Positions 11,089 to 24,875 of a stretch of DNA of 64,000 nt are shown piece by piece. Source of the stretch: Epithemia pelagica (lineage: Eukaryota; Protista; Bacillariophyta); the NCBI GenBank assembly GCA_946965045.2, contig OX337229.1, positions 2,108,001 through 2,172,000 on the forward strand, written 5' to 3'. The translations under genes and the position numbers were made by a program. Under the pieces are notes generated by a model, which saw only the letters and a program-made list of their open reading frames with translations, ran no database searches and was not told the origin of the DNA. The first letter of the stretch is position 1. Each line of letters opens with the position of its first letter.

Positions 11089-13284
11089 ATGAGTAGCGAG
11101 GACGAAGACGACAGCAACGAGGTGAAGAAGAAGAAGAGCCACAATAGCTCCCTCAATGAAGTCACTGAGTCCCAGCTGGAGAGTTTGAACGACGCTGACG
11201 CTTTTGGCACGGCATGGCAAGAAATTCTTCGCCAGTCAAGGAACAACGATGACAGCCATCCGAATCGAAAGATTCAGTGGGGTGGTCGAGGTCAAGGAGG
11301 TCGAGGTCGTGGAAGGCGAACCTACCAGCCTCATAATGTGGTGGTGGATAACCTGTCATTGGAGTATGCAGGAACTACCATGGCGTCATCGAAAGTGTTG
11401 TTGCATGAGACTCAACTCAAGCTCTTATCGCCCCATTCGTCTCCGGTCGACCAAGCAAGAGAGGAAGACACTCTTTTCCTTCCGCCAAACGTTTATGCCT
11501 TGGTAGGACGCAATGGCAGTGGAAAATCGACACTCCTTAAACGAATGCACGATGGATCGATTCCAGGATTTCCACCTCATATATCGACTCTTTATCTCCC
11601 CCAAGAACTTGGGATGGAGGACAACGATCAAACACCGGCCCGATTTCTTGAGCAACAAATCAATCAACAAACAAAACTAAACTCCAAAGCTAGAGAACAC
11701 TCCATTCAAACCTTGGAGGAGGAGATGGAGGAACTTGATTTGTCTCAACCAGAACAAGAGGAGGAAATGGAACGGCTCATGGACCAAATGGCGGCTCATC
11801 AAGAAGAGTTGGATCGACAGAATGAACTAGAGTCTCGAATACAGGATCGAATACGTCTTGCACTAGAATTCATGGGAGTGTCTGACACATTGATGAAGGT
11901 GCCCTTGTCTTTGCTTTCACCTGGACTTTGCAAAAAGGTCATGTTGGCCTCGATATTGGTGTGTCCCTGTGATCTACTACTGCTGGATGAACCAACAAGT
12001 CACCTGGATGTAGCTGGACTCATTCAATTGCGGCGGTTACTGATGGAGCCAACTTTGGTAGGACCTGAAGAAGATGACATAACATCAAGGGCCTCCATGG
12101 TGCTGTTGGTATCCCATGATTTGGAGTTTGTCAATCACATGGCGACCCACATTATCGAGGTCCGCGACCAACAATTGTTTCCGTTCAAGGGAAATTATGT
12201 TTCCTACGCTAAGCAAAAGCGCCAAATGGAATTGCATCATTTACGCCAAGATTTGGTTGTGGAGAAAAAGAAACAAGCGATTCGAGGGACCATACAACAT
12301 CTCAAGGAACAAAATCCATCCCGGCGAAAAGGCGGTGCCAAGAAGAAACAACGACAAATTGAAAGCCACAAGAAACAGCTTGATCGAATTGATCGGCATC
12401 ACATTCCATCATCGTCTCCTAATCCAATCAAAAGAACGCAAGAGCTGCTGCACAAGACTGAAGATGGAGCCAATGCCCCTTCCAAGGAAGTGCAATTTCA
12501 TTTTCGGGATCCTAAGAGCGAGTGGGGTCAACCTCTTATAGTAGCGCAGGAAATTGCATTGGCCTTGCCGCACACGGAGGGGGCTTCGCCATTTCACGAA
12601 TCGTTAGAACCATCCGTACCAGATGGTTCTGCAAATGCCATTAGGAAGAAACCAGGCTATTTGTTTGATTTGGTGGACTTTTGTATTGATGAGGGAAAGA
12701 GATACTGTATCTTGGGTGCGAATGGTAGTGGAAAATCGTGTTTGTTGCGTCTCTTAGCCAAGAAGGAGACACCGACGGAAGGGGAAATCGCACACGCGAC
12801 CAATCTTGATGTGGCATTGGTTCATCAAGAGCTTGCCGACGGAATAATCAAAGCAGGCCTCAACAATGGATCCATGGATGCTCTTTCATTTCTTTCTTGT
12901 TTATATCCGAGTAAGGCAGAGCAAGAGATTCGTAGTGAGCTGACAAATTTTGGCATTGGTCCCTCTCAGGCCACAACAAACTTGCGTTTTTTGAGTGGAG
13001 GTGAACGAGCCCGAGTCGCCTTGGCGGCCCACATGCTCGCGGACCCACAGGTCTTGTTGTGGGACAATCCCACCCTGAATTTGGATGCGGAAAGTGTCCA
13101 AGCCTTGATTCACGGATTGTTGCAGTGGAAGGGGACTTTGGTGGTGATTTCTCATGACACTTTTTTTGTGAGATCCCTTGATCCAACTTGCTTTGTCCTT
13201 ATGGAACATGAGGGGAAGCTGCGGTGGGTTGATGGATCGGTCGACACGTACCTGCGTTCTTTTGCAGCCCTGAAACGGATTTGA
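11089..13284 (+). CDS. ABC-F family ATPase (two NBDs, no transmembrane domain)
   Basis: Walker A GRNGSGKST and GANGSGKSC; Walker B LLLLDEPT and VLLWDNPT; two SHD H-loops; basic helical inter-NBD linker. Likely start is ATG 11089 (MSSEDED). Confidence 0.88.
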   Translation: MSSEDEDDSNEVKKKKSHNSSLNEVTESQLESLNDADAFGTAWQEILRQSRNNDDSHPNRKIQWGGRGQGGRGRGRRTYQPHNVVVDNLSLEYAGTTMASSKVLLHETQLKLLSPHSSPVDQAREEDTLFLPPNVYALVGRNGSGKSTLLKRMHDGSIPGFPPHISTLYLPQELGMEDNDQTPARFLEQQINQQTKLNSKAREHSIQTLEEEMEELDLSQPEQEEEMERLMDQMAAHQEELDRQNELESRIQDRIRLALEFMGVSDTLMKVPLSLLSPGLCKKVMLASILVCPCDLLLLDEPTSHLDVAGLIQLRRLLMEPTLVGPEEDDITSRASMVLLVSHDLEFVNHMATHIIEVRDQQLFPFKGNYVSYAKQKRQMELHHLRQDLVVEKKKQAIRGTIQHLKEQNPSRRKGGAKKKQRQIESHKKQLDRIDRHHIPSSSPNPIKRTQELLHKTEDGANAPSKEVQFHFRDPKSEWGQPLIVAQEIALALPHTEGASPFHESLEPSVPDGSANAIRKKPGYLFDLVDFCIDEGKRYCILGANGSGKSCLLRLLAKKETPTEGEIAHATNLDVALVHQELADGIIKAGLNNGSMDALSFLSCLYPSKAEQEIRSELTNFGIGPSQATTNLRFLSGGERARVALAAHMLADPQVLLWDNPTLNLDAESVQALIHGLLQWKGTLVVISHDTFFVRSLDPTCFVLMEHEGKLRWVDGSVDTYLRSFAALKRI

Positions 13285-13854
13285 AATATCTCTTGAGCAA
13301 AGCAAAGGTTCTGCGTCAACGTGCTGGCCAGCTGTGACGGTTCAGAGCTTATTGTGACCGAAACTCCTTTCGTTTGAGAACGTGCGTCACCCAAACTCTT
13401 CCACTTTCTAATTAACAAGGAGACTGCGATCTCAGTTATGTCAATCGCCCTTTACGTCGACATCGAGGCGAACAAGTACTCCCATATCCTGGTCGCAAAT
13501 GAGACAATGAAGCAATTAAGCATTCTACTTGGGCCATGATCTATGGGATGGGTCCCTTTCCCATTATCCAGAAGCCACCATTCTTATTCACTAGGACATG
13601 GAGTTGTACGTTGACACTTTAGTGACAGCATGCAACTGTGGAAAGAAATACATATGCTTTGTGTTGTAGCTCACGACAAGTTACGTTGTACATTTATAGC
13701 AGGAATGGTGTATGACATAGAATTTAGATGCATCCCTAGGGTTATTTCTGTACTCGACTCACTCATGACTTCATCGTCGTCGATGCATCGTTAACGAGTT
13801 GTGCCCTCTTTCAAGGAAGGCAAACTGATTGCTGGTCGAACGCACCAATGCCGG

Positions 13855-16528
<2,674 letters not shown>

Positions 16529-17570
16529 GGTGATATTGGTACTACTCGTAAGGTTGCCGAAATTTGTGAGCCGTTGGATGGAGATTTTGGTTCCAAATCG
16601 TTTAGGATTCGTTTAGGACTTTCGATTGCTTCCGGAAGATGACCGATCGAAACTCCTAAACAAGAGGCCTTTCAATCGGCCAAATGCGTCTGAACGTCGT
16701 ACGATTTGGAGCGATCTGATTGGCTAAGAATAGGATTTTTAGGAATTTAGGTCAAACCGTTTTCCTCGATTGGTACACGTGTACTCGTAAGGTTACACAT
16801 ATACCGACAAGAACAGGGTTTCCGGTTTCCGCGAGGTCGGAAACAATGGGTTCGTCTTTCGTCTACGTTCTACACGCAATGGCGCAATGGCGCAGGAGAA
16901 TCGAAAGTTCTCTTTTTTTTGTCCGTATGATGTATGATTAGGTTTTCCGTTTTCCTTCTGTCGATTTGCGAAAGTTTGGTGCCATTGTGCGTTGTGTGCG
17001 TTAAGAAAAAAAACAGACCTACACGATACAAGAGTATACTTATGTTCAGGGAACGTGCTCTACGAGCGGGCTGCCGAGTGAAATAAAAATAATACGAGTA
17101 ATATCGAAAATAAAAAAAATGAAGTCGTGTAGGTCGTGCGGGGAATTCTACGCACACAGCGCCAACAGGTTAAAGTGTTTACTGTTTACAGTTACACAGA
17201 CAGTGCTCGTGCACCGTATCAGGAATCAGCCTGTAGGTGCTGCGTGCTGCTTGCCCTTTGCGGACCTTGGACTTCCTTGATCAAGAACAGCAATGGTGAT
17301 GGTGAGCGAGAGAAATAATAAGATCACACAAGAGTGAAAAGTGAAAACCACCGTTGAGCGTTGAGCGTTTACGTTGGAAAAAAAAAGATACCTTACATAA
17401 ACGCTGCCGCGCGGACCCGCTAGAGGGCTAGGGTACCGCGCCCATGCCCCTGGTTTGGTCGCACCCCCGCCGCTTTTACATCTCTCCTCCCTAGTAGGTA
17501 GGAGTACTATTGCTATCTACTTTTAGTAGAGAGACCCTCTATCATAGCTCAATCCTTCATTTCTAAGGAC

Positions 17571-18605
17571 TCATTTTTTGTGTAGAGGCTGAACTTGTTG
17601 GTTGTCTTCGGGTTGTTGCTCCTTTTGTAGTAGTGATTGTGCTTGCTGTTCTTGTTTCAAAACGTTGTCAATGTCTCCTGCCTCGTGACGTTCGGCCAAG
17701 TGCGGCCCCTTGCCCCACACTTGATTGACCAAAATACCGCGTTGTACGGCTGGACGGCTGGCCATGCGACGAGCCCATGCCAGGACATGGGGATACTCTT
17801 GATGGACATTTAAAAAGCGCACGGGATCCTCGTCCTTCTCCAAGTCCATATACTCCCATCCCAAGACCAAACCACCATACCATGGGAAAATGGCCATGTC
17901 CGCAATGGTATAGTCATCTCCCACAATGTACAACCACCCATCCGCCAACTGACGATTCAACACATCCGATTGGCGTTTGATTTCCATGGTAAACCGTTCC
18001 AGAGGATATTCCTGTTTCGTTGGTGCGTAATGATAAAAGTGTCCAAAGCCATCACCCAGGTACGGGGCCGATCCCACTTGCCAAAACAACCAATTCAACA
18101 CTTGAGTCCGTTGGGAACGTGGCAAAAAGGCATTATCAAACTTTTCGGCCAAGTACAAGAGGATATTTCCGGATTCAAACACTTGAACAGGTTCATTCTT
18201 GTCGTTGCCACTAGTTGTCGCTGGTGTTGGATGGTAATCTACCAATGCCGGAATTTTGGAATTGGGATTGACTTGGACAAAGCCGGAACTGAATTGATCT
18301 TGTTTCAAAATATGAATCAAATGGGCATCGTATTCCGCCTCAGGATGATTGCCCGTGGCCAAGAGTTCTTCCAAGAGTATGGTGACCTTTTGTCCATTGG
18401 GTGTGGCTTGACTGTACAATTGCAACGGGTGCTCCCCTCGTGGCAAGTCGCGTTCGAACCGAGGACCAGCCGTGGGACGGTTGATGCTCGAAATGGCGCT
18501 GCTCGGTGATGATTCCTTCCTCCATTGCCAGACCTTGGGTGGAACATAGGCAAGAGAAGCGTTGGTTTGTGCTTGGTCGTTGGAAGAAGAGGATTGAGAC
18601 GACAT
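17571..18605 (-). CDS. yghU: Nu-class GST, GSH-dependent disulfide-bond oxidoreductase YghU homolog
   Basis: Intronless. YVPPKVWQW..INRPTAGPRFERDLPRGEHPLQLYSQATPNGQKVTILLEELL..DQFSSGFVQVNPNSKIPAL..WQVGSAPYLG closely follows bacterial YghU, including the TPN motif. Confidence 0.9.
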   Translation of the reverse strand: MSSQSSSSNDQAQTNASLAYVPPKVWQWRKESSPSSAISSINRPTAGPRFERDLPRGEHPLQLYSQATPNGQKVTILLEELLATGNHPEAEYDAHLIHILKQDQFSSGFVQVNPNSKIPALVDYHPTPATTSGNDKNEPVQVFESGNILLYLAEKFDNAFLPRSQRTQVLNWLFWQVGSAPYLGDGFGHFYHYAPTKQEYPLERFTMEIKRQSDVLNRQLADGWLYIVGDDYTIADMAIFPWYGGLVLGWEYMDLEKDEDPVRFLNVHQEYPHVLAWARRMASRPAVQRGILVNQVWGKGPHLAERHEAGDIDNVLKQEQQAQSLLQKEQQPEDNQQVQPLHKK

Positions 18606-19053
18606 GAGTTTTGCTGGTTTTGGGTTTTGATGATATTGCGGTGATTTGTGCTTGTTGCTGCTGTTTTGATTTTGTGAGAGGAGACATGTTCTTGTCCACC
18701 AACGAAATCTTCCTACTCAAAGTTGATCTCAGAAGCTCTTGATGAACATGGTTTATGTTCGATGTACTCGATATACAGATTGCCGGGGAGGTTATCGTCC
18801 TTGTTTGCTTGGGCACCTTTTGTGCTCATCTGCCGATGTTCTTCGAATTCGAAGGGGTCTGCATCTGCAGAAGAAATTCCGCGAGCCCTGCATCTTCTCA
18901 ATGCGACTGAAATGCAAGGTCTGGGGAATCAATTTTTAAAATTTAAGTTTTATGTGACGTGTACCTCTCTCTTTGTTTCTGAGTTGGAAATGACGCAGGA
19001 TCGGATCTCAAATTCCACAAGACACTGGATACCTCATTCAGTCTTCCATCACC

Positions 19054-20322
19054 ATGACAATGAATCAACAACTACTAATACAGACTACTGCGCTTGTCCT
19101 CGTACTTTTGTTTCCATCCTTGAGTGGTTGGGTACTCCCGATAGCCACCAGAACGACGTTCCAAGCTCGTTCGCTGGTGTCACAAAGTCCTGTTGCTGCT
19201 CTCTGTTTGGTCTCGGACGATGAAGTCTCTGAAGCTGTTTCAACAAACAGTCCCGAATCCTCAGCCCCTGTAGAAAACGAGGCAGACGACGATTCGGAAC
19301 TTGCATTGGAGGATGACAAGGTCCCTTCTTCTACGGATGGTGAGGAGTCTGCAGCACCCACAGATGTTGAGGCAAGTGTAAGCGACGATGATGACGCAAC
19401 AATTGCCATGAAAGAAGATGACGAAGATGATGAAAAAGAAGAAATCGTAGACTTGCCCGAAGAGCCAACTTCGTCATCGTCCGATGAAACACCTGCTGTC
19501 GAGGATGAGACTTCTCTTTTACTGTCATTGCAATCATTGGCGGCAATTACCAGTCGAGGTGAAACCGCAACCCCTGAACAACTGGACCAAGCACGGTCGC
19601 TCGTCGCACAACTAGAGGCTACTGGCACCAAGCCTTCGACTACAGCAGTGTTGCAGGGAACCTGGGAACTCGTTTTTACGGATAACAAACAATTGTTTCG
19701 AAGCAGTCCCTTTTTCATGGCAGGTCGTGCCGTGTGTAAAACACCGGAACAGGCAGATCAATACAATTGGTTCTGTACCATGCACCGAAAAGCCCTGGCG
19801 ATTTCCAACATTGGCCCGGTCAAACAAATTATTACACCCACACAACTTATTTCCGAATTCAATGTCGAAGCCGGCGCGGTTCCCTTTTTGAATGATTTCA
19901 CCCCGTTTTCCTATTCGGGTGGTATCCCCTTGACCATTCAAGGAGCCATTGTTTCCACGGCCGATTTGACCAGTGTGAATGAAACTTCGTTTGAACTATT
20001 GATGGACACGGTCCAAATCAAGGGATCCAATCTACCAGTGTTGCGGCCTCTGTTGGACAATGGTCTACAGCTCCAATCTCGATTTTTGGGAGACTTTTTG
20101 GAAAACACAGTGTCTGACTACAGCAATCCGCGACCCGTCGTACGGTCGACCTTTTTGACGGACCGATACCGAATTAGTCGAGACATGGATGACAATATAT
20201 TTGTCTATGTCAAAACTTCGGACTCGGTCGAACCGACTGACTGGTCCAGTGTGGATGCCGATCTTGGGGTGGCCAGACTACTAGAAGGCTTCAACGATGC
20301 CGTGACCCGATTCTATTTGTAA
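19054..20322 (+). CDS. PAP/fibrillin family protein, probably plastid-targeted
   Basis: Signal peptide ending LSG-W, then an S/T-rich transit region; LAAITSRG..LEA and LQGTWELVFT; C-terminal STFLTDRYRISRD..FVY motif. Confidence 0.8.
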   Translation: MTMNQQLLIQTTALVLVLLFPSLSGWVLPIATRTTFQARSLVSQSPVAALCLVSDDEVSEAVSTNSPESSAPVENEADDDSELALEDDKVPSSTDGEESAAPTDVEASVSDDDDATIAMKEDDEDDEKEEIVDLPEEPTSSSSDETPAVEDETSLLLSLQSLAAITSRGETATPEQLDQARSLVAQLEATGTKPSTTAVLQGTWELVFTDNKQLFRSSPFFMAGRAVCKTPEQADQYNWFCTMHRKALAISNIGPVKQIITPTQLISEFNVEAGAVPFLNDFTPFSYSGGIPLTIQGAIVSTADLTSVNETSFELLMDTVQIKGSNLPVLRPLLDNGLQLQSRFLGDFLENTVSDYSNPRPVVRSTFLTDRYRISRDMDDNIFVYVKTSDSVEPTDWSSVDADLGVARLLEGFNDAVTRFYL

Positions 20323-20754
20323 ATTGGAACAATAGTAAGATAAAATAATTCCCGTGTACACGGTGGTTACTTGTGGTGCAACTTTTTACGATTTGATCGG
20401 AAGGAATCTCACCTACCATATGCTGGAAGGCATGTACGATCTTTGCACTTTGCACAGCGTAGGTTTACCGTGTACCACTGCAAAGGTTGCCTTGTTGTCT
20501 CCGCCGTAAACTTTGTCAATGACACATAGGACTTTGGCTATTTTCGACATCCTGTTTCCATGCGAGAAAAGACTCCATCCGAGAGCGAGAGAGAAAAGAG
20601 ATCGTCGGCTTGCGCTCGTCGCGCCGCCTTCACCTCCTTTTGATCCTGATCAGTCGTGATCACGCGCACACACCTCCATCGCAGCATGATGCTAGCGGAT
20701 AGCGGGGGGAAGAAAAAAATCGTTGTGCCACATTAGGATCTTTCCTTTCTTAGC

Positions 20755-21438
20755 ATGCGGATGAACCAGGTCCGTGCCGTCCTATCAAAAGCAACCACAA
20801 CAGGAAGATTCTGTTCGTCATTCTGGACTTGCTCTTCACGTTCACGTGGTTGTGTCTTATCCGTTGTCAAAATCATGGAAGGTACAACAACAACGACGAC
20901 GACAAGGAACTCGTCCTCCACGACCGCTTCGTCTCCTCCATCGTTTGAAACTCGTGCTTCTCCAGCTCCTGGCTCTCCCTTTCATTACGCCTTTCCAGTT
21001 CATGACTTGGAATTGGCCAAACAGTTCTACAGTGACGTATTGGGATGTGAGGAGGGCCGATCGTCGGCAAAATGGCAAGATTATGCGTTACATGGACATC
21101 AAATCGTGTGTCATTGGGTAGGCAATGACTACCAATGTCAAGATTATTACAACCCCGTTGATGGCGATGAAGTTCCCGTTCCTCATGCTGGACTGGCCCT
21201 GACGGTGGATCAATTCCATGCCTTGGCCAAACGGGTCAAAGAGGCGGGAATCACCTTTCTCATAGAACCACATTTGCGATTTCAAGGCATGCCTGGAGAG
21301 CAATATACCATGTTTTTTAAAGATCCATCGGGAAACAACTTGGAATTCAAAGCCATGACCAAGCCTGAGAACCTGTTTGCCAAGTACAATGTGGTGGATG
21401 GTGATCAGAACAGAGAAGCGGCAGAGACAAAACAATAA
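20755..21438 (+). CDS. VOC (glyoxalase/bleomycin-resistance/extradiol dioxygenase) family protein
   Basis: PFHYAFPVHDL..AKQFY..VLGC.EGRS..W.D..GHQIVCH..VPVPH.G..EQYTMFFKDPSGNNLEFK. Alternative start at 20875. Confidence 0.88.
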   Translation: MRMNQVRAVLSKATTTGRFCSSFWTCSSRSRGCVLSVVKIMEGTTTTTTTRNSSSTTASSPPSFETRASPAPGSPFHYAFPVHDLELAKQFYSDVLGCEEGRSSAKWQDYALHGHQIVCHWVGNDYQCQDYYNPVDGDEVPVPHAGLALTVDQFHALAKRVKEAGITFLIEPHLRFQGMPGEQYTMFFKDPSGNNLEFKAMTKPENLFAKYNVVDGDQNREAAETKQ

Positions 21439-21808
21439 CCAGTATTAGAATCCAAGCTAATATAGAGAATAGCACGAGTTAACAAGGTAGAATTGGACTG
21501 TCTTTGAAGATTTTCGTCGTACTCAAGATGAACGAATATGCAGAGTCAAAGTTTGGTCCACGTAGCGTCGTGGATGAAAATGCCGGAATGTGCGCTAACA
21601 CTCAGTGGCCTTGCTTTTTTGTTGTTGCATGAACAGGTAGCTCCTTTTTGGACAGAGGGCATCTGTGACGTATTTCATTCAGGAGTATACATAATAGTAG
21701 CGGCCATCACATCACTGCAAGTGTGATGACAACAGACTGGGTGTACAAACGTAGCGTGTAAAAAGTTTTTGCTCATGTATTGGGGAGGTGCATGGAGAAG
21801 GTGACAAT

Positions 21809-24088
21809 TCACGAAGGAGCCAGACATGCATCTTCGTTTTCATCGTCTTGGCTTGTAGCGACACAAATTTCTGGAATCGGCTCCTCGGGACCCCTTTCTG
21901 ACGGAACATGACTGGTCTCGTGCTGGGAAGAAGAAGAGTCCGTCTTGGACGCTGCAACCGTCTGGTCATTGCTGGCCGAATTTCGTTTACTGTCTTTGAT
22001 GGGAAACATGACTGTTCTCCAAAGCGCAAAGGCCAGAATGAGGACCGAGACAACAATGCCCAAAAAGCGTTCATGCTGTCGTTTTCGTTTTTCTTCTGGG
22101 ATCGAAAGGGCCATTCCGGAAGCCAAGGGTGCCAAGAGGGATGATGTGCGACGGCGTCGTCGCAAGAGTTTCACATACTCTCGAGGGGACACTCGGCAAA
22201 AATCACCTTGTGATGACTTTGCGTTGGACAAGGAGGAGGAAATCGTTTCTTTCGAGGAATGTTCTTCTTGCTGCTGTGCAGTCCTTTGGGAGTCACTAGA
22301 CTCGGAAGGTCGTTGTTTCCGGACCAGTGCAGCATTGCGAGAGGATCGACTGGGCGCCAATCCTTGTCGTTCTCGAACACGGGCTCGGAGCCACCATTCC
22401 GCTGGTGCTGTGGGACTCAATACCCATGGAGCAGGATCTTTCAACATGGAGGGTACCGCGCTTAAAGTACTGGTGGTACTTGTTGTTGTGGACGAGGATT
22501 GCAACACCTCTTGAACGTGCTCCACACCATAATATCGTTGCGCCAGAACCAAGAGTCGACGCGGAGGCATTCGATGCATGTATTGGACGGCCAAATCCAA
22601 CAATTCTTGAAAGGGTACCTTGGTGGCAGCGTTCTCATCGACCGAGCCAGCCGTGGTCTGCAAAGCCGACAAGGCACTGCTCACGGACACTACATCTTCC
22701 ATGCCCCCACCACTACTGCTGAGCAACGACGGTTGACGCGTGTGCATTCCCGTCGTTCGCGGATTGGAACCCTGAGCAGCACCGCCACCATGCTTGTCCA
22801 ACAAAATTCCTTCTTGCAAAAGAACCATTTCACCCTCCGTGGGCCTGTTGCTTCCACCTCCACCAGACGAAGTGGACCGCACTTCACTGTTCATGCTTTG
22901 TAAACTGTCCGTGTCATCGTCTTGTTCATGATCCGACACATAGCCCTGTCCGGGTTGGTATCTCCATCCAAACGCACTGGAATGTTTGGGCAATCCAACC
23001 AACGTTTGGTGGAGACTGGAAAAGTCGCAGGGCGTGTCCAGAATCTGTTGACGATTGTAAGGGTGCAACATCATGGCAACACAAACGTACAGTGGCAAGG
23101 CTGGATGGGAGGCCAAAAAGGCATCAAACAAGCGTTTGACCAAGGCGGTGTCGCGGATTTCATGAGAAAACCAGGTCAAGACCCAGGGAAGAGCAAAAAA
23201 GGGAGCCATGTCGCAATTGGTCAAGTGTTGATGAACGGGCGCATCCAACAAGGCTACCAGGGGGAAGAGCGTGAGCGTGAGGCAGTTTTGCAAGGGTTGA
23301 AAGGTTTCTTGCATATTGTCCAACAAATGTGATTGCGACACCTGCAACAAGACGGCCGACGGCAAATCCAACAAGGACCAGGTCTTGACCTGCTCGTCCT
23401 GAGTTTCATTGGAGGCTGTCGCGGTCCATTTTCGGGGTGGAGAAGCATCGCGCAATGTCGACAAAATGACACAGGCAATGTCATGATATCCTTGATAATA
23501 ATGCAAACGATTGTCCGAGGCTTGTAGGGTTCGTTGAATGCAAGAGGCCAACCGTCGTTGCTTTTTGCGAATAATACGGGCAATGCGTTTGTGTCGCTTA
23601 TGCTCCATTTGAAGTTTTTGGATACGCTGAGTGCCCGTCAACAAATGCCAGGTACATCGCGCCACATCCAATTCCACTTGGGCATCGTAGGATGCATTCT
23701 TCTTGCCAGTCGAGACAGTGGCGTCTCCCGGAGGACTCCTCTCCTCTGCAGTGTTGTCGTTCGGAAGCCTCTCGGGTTGTTTCGTTTCTGGATTGCGGTT
23801 GTTGTTGTGGTCTTTGGTTGGTGGAGTGTCATCACGCAACAAATCGAGGGCGGCTGCGGTATGCAATCCCACAAAGGCGGGCCAGGCCCGTTGACGAATC
23901 GAATCGTGAACCAATCCTCCTTCGGTCAAGGCCAATTCTCGAAGTTCCCAGAGATCCACAGTGGGTTTGGCCAAAATGGCTTCAATTTGACACGCCTTTT
24001 CGTCCAGTGCCGTGGACAAGGTGGCAGTCTCGTCCCCCTCTCCTCCTCCACCCGGTCCCGTCCAAGAAGCACGAGAGGAATCACTCAT
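21809..24088 (-). CDS. TBC1D20: Rab GTPase-activating protein, TBC1D20/Gyp8 type
   Basis: LRELALTEGGLV..IRQRAW, QVELDVARC (Arg finger), YYQGYHDI (Gln finger), FALPWVLTWFSH and a C-terminal transmembrane helix. First ATG at 24088. Confidence 0.88.
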   Translation of the reverse strand: MSDSSRASWTGPGGGGEGDETATLSTALDEKACQIEAILAKPTVDLWELRELALTEGGLVHDSIRQRAWPAFVGLHTAAALDLLRDDTPPTKDHNNNRNPETKQPERLPNDNTAEERSPPGDATVSTGKKNASYDAQVELDVARCTWHLLTGTQRIQKLQMEHKRHKRIARIIRKKQRRLASCIQRTLQASDNRLHYYQGYHDIACVILSTLRDASPPRKWTATASNETQDEQVKTWSLLDLPSAVLLQVSQSHLLDNMQETFQPLQNCLTLTLFPLVALLDAPVHQHLTNCDMAPFFALPWVLTWFSHEIRDTALVKRLFDAFLASHPALPLYVCVAMMLHPYNRQQILDTPCDFSSLHQTLVGLPKHSSAFGWRYQPGQGYVSDHEQDDDTDSLQSMNSEVRSTSSGGGGSNRPTEGEMVLLQEGILLDKHGGGAAQGSNPRTTGMHTRQPSLLSSSGGGMEDVVSVSSALSALQTTAGSVDENAATKVPFQELLDLAVQYMHRMPPRRLLVLAQRYYGVEHVQEVLQSSSTTTSTTSTLSAVPSMLKDPAPWVLSPTAPAEWWLRARVRERQGLAPSRSSRNAALVRKQRPSESSDSQRTAQQQEEHSSKETISSSLSNAKSSQGDFCRVSPREYVKLLRRRRRTSSLLAPLASGMALSIPEEKRKRQHERFLGIVVSVLILAFALWRTVMFPIKDSKRNSASNDQTVAASKTDSSSSQHETSHVPSERGPEEPIPEICVATSQDDENEDACLAPS

Positions 24089-24875
24089 GTGTTTCAATCC
24101 AACAATTTCCAATCAGCGAGCTACGAATAAAGCCGAGTTTGAAACGCTATTAATCAATGAGGCTTGCGTCCAGTCCGATCACCACGATCACAACAACAAC
24201 AAGGTTACGTCAATCTTTCTCTAGGGGTCCTGCCGTTCTTTTGGAGATATCAAAAGAGGGGCGGTGCAATCCAACCACTCACACACCTCTGTCGTGGCTT
24301 GGAGAGTTGGCGTGGTGGTATTGCGTTTGATTGGATTGTCCTGTTGGTGATTTGTTGATTGTTGATGGCTCTCGTGCAGAACACAAGATAGTCAGCAACA
24401 AAGACAGGGCCAGTCAGTAGCAACGACAGCAAAGCGACGCCAAAAATCTTTTTCCTAGCTGGAGCGTGGTTCAAAATCTCCAGAGAAAATCGTGCCCAAC
24501 AAGTACTGTAACTACATGGAGACAGATCAGGAGTAAGTACGGCGGACAGTTGCTACGACTGATAACAGCGGGGGGGAAGTCTGAGGTGCAGATTGCAGAT
24601 GGAACATGTCCCTCCATTTCAAATAAGCGACTCCGAAGTCATTATGTATTCTTGTCCCCCGCGTTCAAAACTGGCAGGGCACGCGTTGCGGACAGAGTGT
24701 GCATGCGTCCACGCATACCGAGCTCTTGCCAATGCCAATGCCACCGAGAAAACGCAGCACACACAGATCACAGATCTCTCTTGTCAAGACGGAAAAGTTC
24801 TCCTCTTGTACCTTTTATACCCTATGCCAAGCATTTGACACTTGAATTCCTTTTCCTTTTTGCCTATTCATTCGT

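Noticed and set aside
16773-16784. 12-bp palindromes GTACACGTGTAC (here) and CTACCTAGGTAG (99-110)
   Set aside because: About 16 perfect 12-bp palindromes are expected by chance in 64 kb.
16600-17500. AT-rich stretch with TTAGGA-like words as a telomeric relic, ncRNA or MITE
   Set aside because: No tandem TTAGGG, no snRNA/tRNA/snoRNA signature and no terminal inverted repeats found.
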